DNA of 64,000 nt, taken from NCBI RefSeq assembly GCF_009914755.1, contig NC_060948.1, one strand, 5' to 3'. The position numbers were made by a program, and so were the translations under genes. The notes below the pieces were generated by a model. The model did not search any database. It was not told the DNA's origin and worked only from the letters and a program-made list of their open reading frames with translations. Positions 1 to 13,600 of this stretch are shown here, piece by piece (the first letter of the stretch is position 1; each line of letters begins with the position of its first letter). The DNA comes from the human T2T-CHM13v2.0 reference genome, Homo sapiens.

Positions 1-982
1 TTGAATGGAACGGAATAGAGTCGAATGGAATTGAATGGAATGGAATGGACTAGAGTGAAATGGAATCGAACCACAAGGAATGGACAGGAATAGAATGGTC
101 TCGAATTGAATGGAATCGTATGGAATGGCATCAAACGGAATGGAATGGACAGCCACGGAATGGAATGCACTCGAATGCAATGGAGTCGAAACTAATGGAC
201 TGGAATAGAATGGACTCGACTGGTACGGACTCCAATGGAATGGAATCGAATGGAAGGGAATCGAACGGAATGGACTCGAAGGGAAAAGACTGCAATGGAA
301 AGGTCTCGAATGGAATGGAAATTAATGGAATGGAATGGAATCGAATGAAATGGAGTCAAAAGGAATGGAATCGAATGGCAAGAAATCGAATGTAATGGAA
401 TCGCAAGGAATTGATGTGAACGGAACGGAATGGAATGGAATCCAAAGAAATGGAATAGAATGGAATGGAATCGAATGGAAAGAACTCGAATGGAAATCAC
501 TCGAATAGAATGCAATTTAATAAAATAGGATGAAATGTAATGGAATGGAATGGAAAGGAATCGAAACGAAAGGAATGGAGACAGATGGAATGGAATGGAA
601 CAGAGAGAAATGGTATAGAATGGAATGGAATCATCTGGAATGGAATTGAATGGAATGGAATAATATGAAATGGAATGGAATGGAATGGAATGCCCTTGAA
701 TTAAATGGACTGGAATGGAATGGACTCGAACAGAGTGGAATGGAATGTGTTGAGATAGAATGGAATGGACTCCTTTGGAATGGTCTAGTATGCAATGCAA
801 TGGACTGGCAGGGAATCAAAAGGAATGTAATCGAATGGATTGGACTGGAATGCAATGGACTCGAATAGATTGGAAACGGAATGCAAAGGAATGGAATGGA
901 ATAGTATGGAATGGAATGGAAAGGAATGGAGTGGAATAGACTAGAGTGGAATGGAATGGACTCGAAAGCAATGGACTGGAAT

Positions 983-997
983 GGAACTTTCTTGAAT
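983..997. promoter_or_regulatory. Perfect three-unit heat-shock element motif, site A (repeated in every unit except U5)
   Basis: gGAAc tTTCt tGAAt fits nGAAn nTTCn nGAAn. The motif match is seen directly; HSF binding is inferred. Confidence 0.6.
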
Positions 998-3200
998 GGA
1001 CTGGAATCAAACGGAATGGAATGCAATGCAATCAAATGGCATGGAATAAAATAGAATGAAAGAGAATCAAATGGAATTGAATCGAATGCAATCGAATGGA
1101 TTGGAAAGGAATAGAATGGAATGGAATGGAATTGACTCAAATGGAATGGACTAGAATGGAATGGATTCGAATGGAAGGCAAAGGAATGGAATCTATTGGA
1201 ATGGACAGCAATGGAATGGAAAGGAAGGGATTGGAATGGACTCGAATGGAATGGACTGCAATAGAAAGGATTCGAATGGAATGAAAAAGAATTGAATGGA
1301 ATAGAACAGAATGGAATCAAATCGAATGAAATGGAATGGAATAGAAAGGAATGGAATGAAATGGAATGGAAAGGATTCGAATGGAATGCAATCGAATGGA
1401 ATGGAATCGAACGGAATGGAATAAAATGGAAGAAAACTGGCAAGAAATGGAATCGAAATGAATGGAGTGTTATGGAACGGACTCCAAAGGAATTGAATGT
1501 AATAGAATGGAGTGGAGTGGACTCGAATATAATGGACTGGAATGGAATGAAATCACATGGAATGGGAACGAATGGAATGGAATGGAAAGGAATGGAATCG
1601 AATGGAAAGGAATCGAATGGAAGGGAATGAAATTGAATCAACAGGAATGGAAGGGAATAGAATAGACGGTAATGGAATGGACTCGAATAGAATGGACACG
1701 AATGCTCAAATTGAATGGACTCGAATGGAATGGAAACGAAAGGAATGTCATCGAATGGAATTGAATCGATTGGAATGAAATCGCATAGAATGGAGTGGAA
1801 TCAAATGGAATTGAATCGAAAGGAAAGGAAGCGAATGGACTGAAATGAAATGGAATGGAATTGAATGGAAAGTAAAGCAATGGAATAGAATGGAACGAAA
1901 TTTCACGGAATGGAATCAAACTGAATGGAATCAAATCAATGGAATATAATCAAATGGAATGGAAAGGAATTGAATGGAGTAGATGGGATTGGATGGGATT
2001 GGAATGAAATGTACTGGAAAGGACTCGAATTTCATGAAACGGAATGGAATGAATTGGAACGGAATGGACTCGAATGGAATGGAATGTCATGGAATGGCAT
2101 CAAATGGAATGGAATCGAATGCAATGGAATGCTATGGAATGGAATGGAATGCATTGGAATGGAATGTCCTCTAATGGAATGGATTCGAGTGGAATGGAAT
2201 CGAATATAATGGAGTCGAATGAAATGGAATTGAAAGGAATGGGATCGAATACAATGGAATATACTGGAATGTAATGTAATGAACTCGAATGTAATTGACT
2301 GGAATGGAATGTACATGAATGGAATGTAATCGAATGGAAAGTAATCCAATGGAATAGAATCTAATGCAAGAAAATCGACTCAGATAGAGTAGAATGTAAT
2401 GGAATGGAGTGCAGTGCAATGGAATGGAATGGAATGGAATGCAATGGAATGGAATGGAATGGGATGGAATGGTATGGAATGGATAGTAATGGACTGGAGT
2501 GAAATGGACTGGAAAGGAATGGACTCAAATTGAAAGGGCTCGAAAGGAATGGAGTCAAATGGAATGGTCTGGAATGGAATGAACACGAATGTAATGCAAT
2601 CCAATAGAATGGAATCGAATGGCATGGAATATAAAGAAATGGAATCGAAGAGAATGGAAACAAACGGAATGGAATTGAATGGAATGGAATTGAATGGAAT
2701 GGGAACGAATGTAGTGAAATTGTATGCAGTAGAAGAGAAAAGAGTGGAATGCAAGCGAAAGGAAAGGAATGGATTGGAATGGAATGGAATTCATGGGAAT
2801 GGAAGGGAATGTAGTGTAATGGACAGGCCTGGAATAAAGTGGAATGCTACGGTCTCGAATGGAATAAAAATGTATGGAATGGAATGCAAAGAAACAGAAT
2901 CGAATGTCATAGAATGTAATGGAATGCAAAAAAATGGACTCCAAAATCATTGACTGGAAAGGCTGGGTGTCGAAAGGAATTGACTCCAATGGAATGGAAT
3001 CGAATGGAATGGAAGTGAATAGAATCGAACTAAATCGAATGGAATGGAATTGATAGGAACGGAATGGAAAGGAATGAAATGATTTGGCATGGAATGGAAT
3101 CAAATGGCATCGAATGGAATGGAATGGAATGCAATGCAATGGAATGTATTAGAATGTAATGAACTTTAATGGAATGTACTCGAATGGATTCGACTGGAAT

Positions 3201-3215
3201 GGAATGTTCTGGAAG
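3201..3215. promoter_or_regulatory. Perfect three-unit heat-shock element motif, site B (present in all 18 units)
   Basis: gGAAt gTTCt gGAAg fits nGAAn nTTCn nGAAn. Binding is inferred. Confidence 0.6.
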
Positions 3216-3480
3216 TGAATGGACTCCAATGGAATGGATTGAAAAGGAATGGAATCGTACGGAATGGAATCTAATGGAATGGAATTAAATGGAAATGAAT
3301 GAAATTGAATAGCACGGAATTGAATTGAATGGAATCGAATGCAATGGAATCTAATGAAACGGAAAGGAAAGGAATGGAATGGAATGGAATGGGCTGGAAT
3401 GGAAAGGAATCGAAACGAATGGAATGGAATCGAACTGAAGAGACTGGAATGGAATGCACTGGAATGGAAGGGAGTGTAAT

Positions 3481-3495
3481 GGAAGGTTCTCGAAA
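3481..3495. promoter_or_regulatory. Perfect three-unit heat-shock element motif, site C (present in all 18 units)
   Basis: gGAAg gTTCt cGAAa fits nGAAn nTTCn nGAAn. Binding is inferred. Confidence 0.6.
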
Positions 3496-3578
3496 AAAAT
3501 GGAATCGAATGGAATGGAATTGAATGGAACGGAATAGAGTCGAATGGAATTGAATGGAATGGAATGGACTAGAGTGAA

Positions 3579-6500
3579 ATGGAATCGAACCACAAGGAAT
3601 GGACAGGAATAGAATGGTCTCGAATTGAATGGAATCGTATGGAATGGCATCAAACGGAATGGAATGGACAGCCACGGAATGGAATGCACTCGAATGCAAT
3701 GGAGTCGAACCTAATGGACTGGAATAGAATGGACTCGACTGGTACGGACTCCAATGGAATGGAATCGAATGGAAGGGAATCGAACGGAATGGACTCGAAG
3801 GGAAAAGACTGCAATGGAAAGGTCTCGAATGGAATGGAAATTAATGGAATGGAATGGAATCGAATGAAATGGAGTCAAAAGGAATGGAATCGAATGGCAA
3901 GAAATCGAATGTAATGGAATCGCAAGGAATTGATGTGAACGGAACGGAATGGAATGGAATCCAAAGAAATGGAATAGAATGGAATGGAATCGAATGGAAA
4001 GAACTCGAATGGAAATCACTCGAATAGAATGCAATTTAATAAAATAGGATGAAATGTAATGGAATGGAATGGAAAGGAATCGAAACGAAAGGAATGGAGA
4101 CAGATGGAATGGAATGGAACAGAGAGCAATGGTATAGAATGGAATGGAATCATCTGGAATGGAATTGAATGGAATGGAATAATATGAAATGGAATGGAAT
4201 GGAATGGAATGCCCTTGAATTAAATGGACTGGAATGGAATGGACTCGAACAGAGTGGAATGGAATGTGTTGAGATAGAATGGAATGGACTCCTTTGGAAT
4301 GGTGTAGTATGCAATGCAATCGACTGGCAGGGAATCAAAAGGAATGTAATCGAATGGATTGGACTGGAATGTAATGGACTCGAATAGATTGGAAACGGAA
4401 TGCAAAGGAATGGAATGGAATAGTATGGAATGGAATGGAAAGGAATGGAGTGGAATAGACTAGAGTGGAATGGAATGGACTCGAAAGCAATGGACTGGAA
4501 TGGAACTTTCTTGAATGGACTGGAATCAAACGGAATGGAATGCAATGCAATCAAATGGCATGGAATAAAATAGAATGAAAGAGAATCAAATGGAATTGAA
4601 TCGAATGGAATCGAATGGATTGGAAAGGAATAGAATGGAATGGAATGGAATTGACTCAAATGGAATGGACTAGAATGGAATGGATTCGAATGGAAGGCAA
4701 AGGAATGGAATCTATTGGAATGGACAGCAATGGAATGGAAAGGAAGGGATTGGAATGGACTCGAATGGAATGGACTGCAATAGAAAGGATTCGAATGGAA
4801 TGAAAAAGAATTGAATGGAATAGAACAGAATGGAATCAAATCGAATGAAATGGAATGGAATAGAAAGGAATGGAATGAAATGGAATGGAAAGGATTCGAA
4901 TGGAATGCAATCGAATGGAATGGAATCGAACGGAATGGAATAAAATGGAAGAAAACTGGCAAGAAATGGAATCGAAATGAATGGAGTGTTATGGAACGGA
5001 CTCCAAAGGAATTGAATGTAATAGAATGGAGTGGAGTGGACTCGAATATAATGGACTGGAATGGAATGAAATCACATGGAATGGGAACGAATGGAATGGA
5101 ATGGAAAGGAATGGAATCGAATGGAAAGGAATCGAATGGAAGGGAATGAAATTGAATCAACAGGAATGGAAGGGAATAGAATAGACGGTAATGGAATGGA
5201 CTCGAATAGAATGGACACGAATGCTCAAATTGAATGTACTCGAATGGAATGGAAACGAAAGGAATGTCATCGAATGGAATTGAATCGATTGGAATGAAAT
5301 CGCATAGAATGGAGTGGAATCAAATGGAATTGAATGGAAAGGAAAGGAAGCGAATGGACTGAAATGAAATGGAATGGAATTGAATGGAAAGTAAAGCAAT
5401 GGAATAGAATGGAACGAAATTTCACGGAATGGAATCAAACTGAATGGAATCAAATCAATGGAATATAATCAAATGGAATGGAAAGGAATTGAATGGAGTA
5501 GATGGGATTGGATGGGATTGGAATGAAATGTACTGGAAAGGACTGGAATTTCATGAAACGGAATGGAATGAATTGGAACGGAATGGACTCGAATGGAATG
5601 GAATGTCATGGAATGGCATCAAATGGAATGGAATCGAATGCAATGGAATGCTATGGAATGGAATGGAATGCATTGGAATGGAATGTCCTCTAATAGAATG
5701 GATTCGAGTGGAATGGAATCGAATATAATGGAGTCGAATGAAATGGAATTGAAAGGAATGGGATCGAATACAATGGAATATACTGGAATGTAATGTAATG
5801 AACTCGAATGTAATTGACTGGAATGGAATGTACATGAATGGAATGTAATCGAATGGAAAGTAATACAATGGAATAGAATCTAATGCAAGAAAATCGACTC
5901 AGATAGAGTAGAATGTAATGGAATGGAATGCAGTGCAATGGAATGGAATGGAATGGAATGCAATGGAATGGAATGGAATGGGATGGAATGGTATGGAATG
6001 GATAGTAATGGACTGGAGTGAAATGGACTGGAAAGGAATGGACTCAAATTGAAAGGGCTTGAAAGGAATGGAGTCAAATGGAATGGTCTGGAATGGAATG
6101 AACACGAATGTAATGCAATCCAATAGAATGGAATCGAATGGCATGGAATATAAAGAAATGGAATCGAAGAGAATGGAAACAAACGGAATGGAATTGAATG
6201 GAATGGAATTGAATGGAATGGGAACGAATGGAGTGAAATTTTATGCAGTAGAAGAGAATAGAATGGAATGCAAGCGAAAGGAAAGGAATGGATTGGAATG
6301 GAATGGAATTCATGGGAATGGAAGGAATGTAGTGTAATGGACAGGCCTGGAATAAAGTGGAATGCTACGGTCTCGAATGGAATAAAAATGTATGGAATGG
6401 AATGCAAAGAAACGGAATCGAATGTCATAGAATGTAATGGAATGCAAAAAAATGGACTCCAAAATCATTGACTGGAAAGGCTGGGTGTCGAAAGGAATTG

Positions 6501-7096
6501 ACTCCAATGGAATGGAATCGAATGGAATGGAAGTGAATAGAATCGAACTAAATCGAATGGAATGGAATTGATAGGAACGGAATGGAAAGGAATGAAATGA
6601 TTTGGCATGGAATGGAATCGAATGGCACCGAATGGAATGGAATGGAATGCAATGCAATGGAATGTATTAGAATGTAATGAACTTTAATGGAATGTACTCG
6701 AATGGATTCGACTGGAATGGAATGTTCTGGAAGTGAATGGACTCCAACGGAATGGATTGAAAAGGAATGGAATCGTACGGAATGGAATCTAATGGAATGG
6801 AATTAAATGGAAATGAATGAAATTGAATAGCACGGAATTGAATTGAATGGAATCGAATGCAATGGAATCTAATGAAACGGAAAGGAAAGGAATGGAATGG
6901 AATGGAATGGGCTGGAATGGAAAGGAATCGAAACGAATGGAATGGAATCGAACTGAAGAGACTGGAATGGAATGCACTGGAATGGAAGGGAGTGTAATGG
7001 AAGGTTCTCGAAATAAATGGAATCGAATGGAATGGAATTGAATGGAACGGAATAGAGTCGAATGGAATTGAATGGAATGGAATGGACTAGAGTGAA
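3579..7096 (+). repeat. DYZ1 unit U2, 3518 bp
   Basis: 1-bp deletion near 6325 (GAAGGAATGT versus GAAGGGAATGT). Confidence 0.93.
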
Positions 7097-10000
7097 ATGG
7101 AATCGAACCACAAGGAATGGACAGGAATAGAATGGTCTCGAATTGAATGGAATCGTATGGAATGGCATCAAACGGAATGGAATGGACAGCCACGGAATGG
7201 AATGCACTCGAATGCAATGGAGTCGAACCTAATGGACTGGAATAGAATGGACTCGACTGGTACGGACTCCAATGGAATGGAATCGAATGGAAGGGAATCG
7301 AACGGAATGGACTCGAAGGGAAAAGACTGCAATGGAAAGGTCTCGAATGGAATGGAAATTAATGGAATGGAATGGAATCGAATGAAATGGAGTCAAAAGG
7401 AATGGAATCGAATGGCAAGAAATCGAATGTAATGGAATCGCAAGGAATTGATGTGAACGGAACGGAATGGAATGGAATCCAAAGAAATGGAATAGAATGG
7501 AATGGAATCGAATGGAAAGAACTCGAATGGAAATCACTCGAATAGAATGCAATTTAATAAAATAGGATGAAATGTAATGGAATGGAATGGAAAGGAATCG
7601 AAACGAAAGGAATGGAGACAGATGGAATGGAATGGAACAGAGAGCAATGGTATAGAATGGAATGGAATCATCTGGAATGGAATTGAATGGAATGGAATAA
7701 TATGAAATGGAATGGAATGGAATGGAATGCCCTTGAATTAAATGGACTGGAATGGAATGGACTCGAACAGAGTGGAATGGAATGTGTTGAGATAGAATGG
7801 AATGGACTCTTTTGGAATGGTCTAGTATGCAATGCAATGGACTGGCAGGGAATCAAAAGGAATGTAATCGAATGGATTGGACTGGAATGCAATGGACTCG
7901 AATAGATAGGAAACGGAATGCAAAGGAATGGAATGGAATAGTATGGAATGGAATGGAAAGGAATGGAGTGGAATAGACTAGAGTGGAATGGAATGGACTC
8001 GAAAGCAATGGACTGGAATGGAACTTTCTTGAATGGACTGGAATCAAACGGAATGGAATGCAATGCAATCAAATGGCATGGAATAAAATAGAATGAAAGA
8101 GAATCAAATGGAATTGAATCGAATGCAATCGAATGGATTGGAAAGGAATAGAATGGAATGGAATGGAATTGACTCAAATGGAATGGACTAGAATGGAATG
8201 GATTCGAATGGAAGGCAAAGGAATGGAATCTATTGGAATGGACAGCAATGGAATGGAAAGGAAGGGATTGGAATGGACTCGAATGGAATGGACTGCAATA
8301 GAAAGGATTCGAATGGAATGAAAAAGAATTGAATGGAATAGAACAGAATGGAATCAAATCGAATGAAATGGAATGGAATAGAAAGGAATGGAATGAAATG
8401 GAATGGAAAGGATTCGAATGGAATGCAATCGAATGGAATGGAATCGAACGGAATGGAATAAAATGGAAGAAAACTGGCAAGAAATGGAATCGAAATGAAT
8501 GGAGTGTTATGGAACGGACTCCAAAGGAATTGAATGTAATAGAATGGAGTGGAGTGGACTCGAATATAATGGACTGGAATGGAATGAAATCACATGGAAT
8601 GGGAACGAATGGAATGGAATGGAAAGGAATGGAATCGAATGGAAAGGAATCGAATGGAAGGGAATGAAATTGAATCAACAGGAATGGAAGGGAATAGAAT
8701 AGACGGTAATGGAATGGACTCGAATAGAATGGACACGAATGCTCAAATTGAATGGACTCGAATGGAATGGAAACGAAAGGAATGTCATCGAATGGAATTG
8801 AATCGATTGGAATGAAATCGCATAGAATGGAGTGGAATCAAATGGAATTGAATCGAAAGGAAAGGAAGCGAATGGACTGAAATGAAATGGAATGGAATTG
8901 AATGGAAAGTAAAGCAATGGAATAGAATGGAACGAAATTTCACGGAATGGAATCAAACTGAATGGAATCAAATCAATGGAATATAATCAAATGGAATGGA
9001 AAGGAATTGAATGGAGTAGATGGGATTGGATGGGATTGGAATGAAATGTACTGGAAAGGACTCGAATTTCATGAAACGGAATGGAATGAATTGGAACGGA
9101 ATGGACTCGAATGGAATGGAATGTCATGGAATGGCATCAAATGGAATGGAATCGAATGCAATGGAATGCTATGGAACGGAATGGAATGCATTGGAATGGA
9201 ATGTCCTCTAATGGAATGGATTCGAGTGGAATGGAATCGAATATAATGGAGTCGAATGAAATGGAATTGAAAGGAATGGGATCGAATACATTGGAATATA
9301 CTGGAATGTAATGTAATGAACTCGAATGTAATTGACTGGAATGGAATGTACATGAATGGAATGTAATCGAATGGAAAGTAATCCAATGGAATAGAATCTA
9401 ATGCAATTAAATCGACTCAGATAGAGTAGAATGTAATGGAATGGAGTGCAGTGCAATGGAATGGAATGGAATGGAATGCAATGGAATGGAATGGAATGGA
9501 ATGGAATGCAATGGAATAGAATGGAATGGGATGGAATGGTATGGAATGGAATGGAATGGAATGGAATGGGATGGAATGGTATGGAATGGATAGTAATGGA
9601 CTGGAGGGAAATGGACTGGAAAGGAATGGACTCAAATTGAAAGGGCTCGAAAGGAATGGAGTCAAATGGAATGGTCTGGAATGGAATGAACACGAATGTA
9701 ATACAATCCAATAGAATGGAATCGAATGGCATGGAATATAAAGAAATGGAATCGAAGAGAATGGAAACAAACGGAATGGAATTGAATGGAATGGAATTGA
9801 ATGGAATGGGAACGAATGGAGTGAAATTGTATGCAGTAGAAGAGAATAGAATGGAATGCAAGCGAAAGGAAAGGAATGGATTGGAATGGAATGGAATTCA
9901 TTGGAATGGAAGGGAATGTAGTGTAATGGACAGGCCTGGAATAAAGTGGAATGCTACGGTCTCGAATGGAATAAAAATGTATGGAATGGAATGCAATGAA

Positions 10001-10685
10001 ACGGAATCGAATGTCATAGAATGTAATGGAATGCAAAAAAATGGACTCCAAAATCATTGACTGGAAAGGCTGGGTGTCGAAAGGAATTGACTCCAATGGA
10101 ATGGAATCGAATGGAATGGAAGTGAATAGAATCGAACTAAATCGAATGGAATGGAATTGATAGGAACGGAATGGAAAGGAATGAAATGATTTAGCATGGA
10201 ATGGAATCGAATGGCATCGAATGGAATGGAATGGAATGCAATGCAATGGAATGTATTAGAATGTAATGAACTTTAATGGAATGTACTCGAATGGATTCGA
10301 CTGGAATGGAATGTTCTGGAAGTGAATGGACTCCAATGGAATGGATTGAAAAGGAATGGAATCGTACGGAATGGAATCTAATGGAATGGAATTAAATGGA
10401 AATGAATGAAATTGAATAGCACGGAATTGAATTGAATGGAATCGAATGCAATGGAATCTAATGAAACGGAAAGGAAAGGAATGGAATGGAATGGAATGGG
10501 CTGGAATGGAAAGGAATCGAAACGAATGGAATGGAATCGAACTGAAGAGACTGGAATGGAATGCACTGGAATGGAAGGGAGTGTATTGGAAGATTCTCGA
10601 AAAAAATGGAATTGAATGGAATGGAATTGAATGGAACGGAATAGAGTCGAATGGAATTGAATGGAATGGAATGGACTAGAGTGAA
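7097..10685 (+). repeat. DYZ1 unit U3, 3589 bp
   Basis: +70 bp expansion at about 9480-9590. Confidence 0.93.
9797..9950. other. Diagnostic DYZ1 landmark (example in U3): 154-bp segment bounded by the classical Y1.2/Y1.1 sexing-primer sites, containing the unit's EcoRI and HaeIII/StuI sites
   Basis: Seen: TTGAATGGAATGGGAACGAATGG at 9797 and GGACAGGCCTGGAATAAAGTGGA at 9928-9950, whose reverse complement is TCCACTTTATTCCAGGCCTGTCC. Primer identity is from recall and should be verified. Confidence 0.8.
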
Positions 10686-13600
10686 ATGGAATCGAACCAC
10701 AAGGAATGGACAGGAAAAAAATGGTCTCGAATTGAATGGAATCGTATGGAATGGCATCAAACGGAATGGAATGGACAGCCACGGAATGGAATGCACTCGA
10801 ATGCAATGGAGTCGAAACTAATGGACTGGAATAGAATGGACTCGACTGGTACGGACTCCAATGGAATGGAATCGAATGGAAGGGAATCGAACGGAATGGA
10901 CTCGAAGGGAAAAGACTGCAATGGAAAGGTCTCGAATGGAATGGAAATTAATGGAATGGAATGGAATCGAATGAAATGGAGTCAAAAGGAATGGAATCGA
11001 ATGGCAAGAAATCGAATGTAATGGAATCGCAAGGAATTGATGTGAACGGAACGGAATGGAATGGAATCCAAAGAAATGGAATAGAATGGAATGGAATCGA
11101 ATGGAAAGAACTCGAATGGAAATCACTCGAATAGAATGCAATTTAATAAAATAGGATGAAATGTAATGGAATGGAATGGAAAGGAATCGAAACGAAAGGA
11201 ATGGAGACAGATGGAATGGAATGGAACAGAGAGCAATGGTATAGAATGGAATGGAATCATCTGGAATGGAATTGAATGGAATGGAATAATATGAAATGGA
11301 ATGGAATGGAATGGAATGCCCTTGAATTAAATGGACTGGAATGGAATGGACTCGAACAGAGTGGAATGGAAAGTGTTGAGATAGAATGGAATGGACTCCT
11401 TTGGAATGGTCTAGTATGCAATGCAATCGACTGGCAGGGAATCAAAAGGAATGTAATCGAATGGATTGGACTGGAATGCAATGGACTCGAATAGATTGGA
11501 AACGGAATGCAAAGGAATGGAATGGAATAGTATGGAATGGAATGGAAAGGAATGGAGTGGAATAGACTAGAGTGGAATGGAATGGACTCGAAAGCAATGG
11601 ACTGGAATGGAACTTTCTTGAATGGACTGGAATCAAACGGAATGGAATGCAATGCAATCAAATGGCATGGAATAAAATAGAATGAAAGAGAATCAAATGG
11701 AATTGAATCGAATGCAATCGAATGGATTGGAAAGGAATAGAATGGAATGGAATGGAATTGACTCAAATGGAATGGACTAGAATGGAATGGATTCGAATGG
11801 AAGGCAAAGGAATGGAATCTATTGGAATGGACAGCAATGGAATGGAAAGGAAGGGATTGGAATGGACTCGAATGGAATGGACTGCAATAGAAAGGATTCG
11901 AATGGAATGAAAAAGAATTGAATGGAATAGAACAGAATGGAATCAAATCGAATGAAATGGAATGGAATAGAAAGGAATGGAATGAAATGGAATGGAAAGG
12001 ATTCGAATGGAATGCAATCGAATGGAATGGAATCGAACGGAATGGAATAAAATGGAAGAAAACTGGCAAGAAATGGAATCGAAATGAATGGAGTGTTATG
12101 GAACGGACTCCAAAGGAATTGAATGTAATAGAATGGAGTGGAGTGGACTCGAATATAATGGACTGGAATGGAATGAAATCACATGGAATGGGAACGAATG
12201 GAATGGAATGGAAAGGAATGGAATCGAATGGAAAGGAATCGAATGGAAGGGAATGAAATTGAATCAACAGGAATGGAAGGGAATAGAATAGACGGTAATG
12301 GAATGGACTCGAATAGAATGGACACGAATGCTCAAATTGAATGGACTCGAATGGAATGGAAACGAAAGGAATGTCATCGAATGGAATTGAATCGATTGGA
12401 ATGAAATCGCATAGAATGGAGTGGAATCAAATGGAATTGAATGGAAAGGAAAGGAAGCGAATGGACTGAAATGAAATGGAATGGAATTGAATGGAAAGTA
12501 AAGCAATGGAATAGAATGGAACGAAATTTCACGGAATGGAATCAAACTGAATGGAATCAAATCAATGGAATATAATCAAATGGAATGGAAAGGAATTGAA
12601 TGGAGTAGATGGGATTGGATGGGATTGGAATGAAATGTACTGGAAAGGACTCGAATTTCATGAAACGGAATGGAATGATTTGGAACGGAATGGACTCGAA
12701 TGGAATGGAATGTCATGGAATGGCATCAAATGGAATGGAATCGAATGCAATGGAATGCTATGGAATGGAATGGAATGCATTGGAATGGAATGTCCTCTAA
12801 TGGAATGGATTCGAGTGGAATGGAATCGAATATAATGGAGTCGAATGAAATGGAATTGAAAGGAATGGGATCGAATACAATGGAATATACTGGAATGTAA
12901 TGTAATGAACTCGAATGTAATTGACTGGAATGGAATGTACATGAATGGAATGTAATCGAATGGAAAGTAATCCAATGGAATAGAATCTAATGCAAGAAAA
13001 TCGACTCAGATAGAGTAGAATGTAATGGAATGGAGTGCAGTGCAATGGAATGGAATGGAATGGAATGCAATGGAATGGAATGGAATGGGATGGAATGGTA
13101 TGGAATGGATAGTAATGGACTGGAGGGAAATGGACTGGAAAGGAATGGACTCAAATTGAAAGGGCTCGAAAGGAATGGAGTCAAATGGAATGGTCTGGAA
13201 TGGAATGAACACGAATGTAATGCAATCCAATAGAATGGAATCGAATGGCATGGAATATAAAGAAATGGAATCGAAGAGAATGGAAACAAACGGAATGGAA
13301 TTGAATGGAATGGAATTGAATGGAATGGGAACGAATGTAGTGAAATTGTATGCAGTAGAAGAGAAAAGAGTGGAATGCAAGCGAAAGGAAAGGAATGGAT
13401 TGGAATGGAATGGAATTCATGGGAATGGAAGGGAATGTAGTGTAATGGACACGCCTGGAATAAAGTGGAATGCTACGGTCTCGAATGGAATAAAAATGTA
13501 TGGAATGGAATGCAATGAAACGGAATCGAATGTCATAGAATGTAATGGAATGCAAAAAAATGGACTCCAAAATCATTGACTGGAAAGGCTGGGTGTCGAA

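Larger units (their letters stand above)
60..3578 (+). repeat. DYZ1 unit U1, 3519 bp (unit boundary set arbitrarily at the anchor motif)
   Basis: Anchor-to-anchor distance. Lacks the 15-bp GGCATCAAATGGAAT duplication. Confidence 0.93.

Noticed and set aside
1896-2039. Additional HSE-like sites (CGAAATTTCACGGAA at 1896; GAATTTCATGAA at 2027)
   Set aside because: Only two correctly spaced units each, so not counted as perfect HSEs.
2342-2352. TAATCCAATGG resembling the DUX4 motif
   Set aside because: Mismatches the terminal CA of TAAYBBAATCA. DUX4 binding is established for HSATII, not shown here.
519-2868. Several AATAAA hexamers per unit on + (519, 1045, 1420, 2833, 2863)
   Set aside because: Only two substitutions from AATGGA in an A-rich strand, with no clear GU/U-rich downstream element. 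Cannot be supported as poly(A) sites without 3'-end data.
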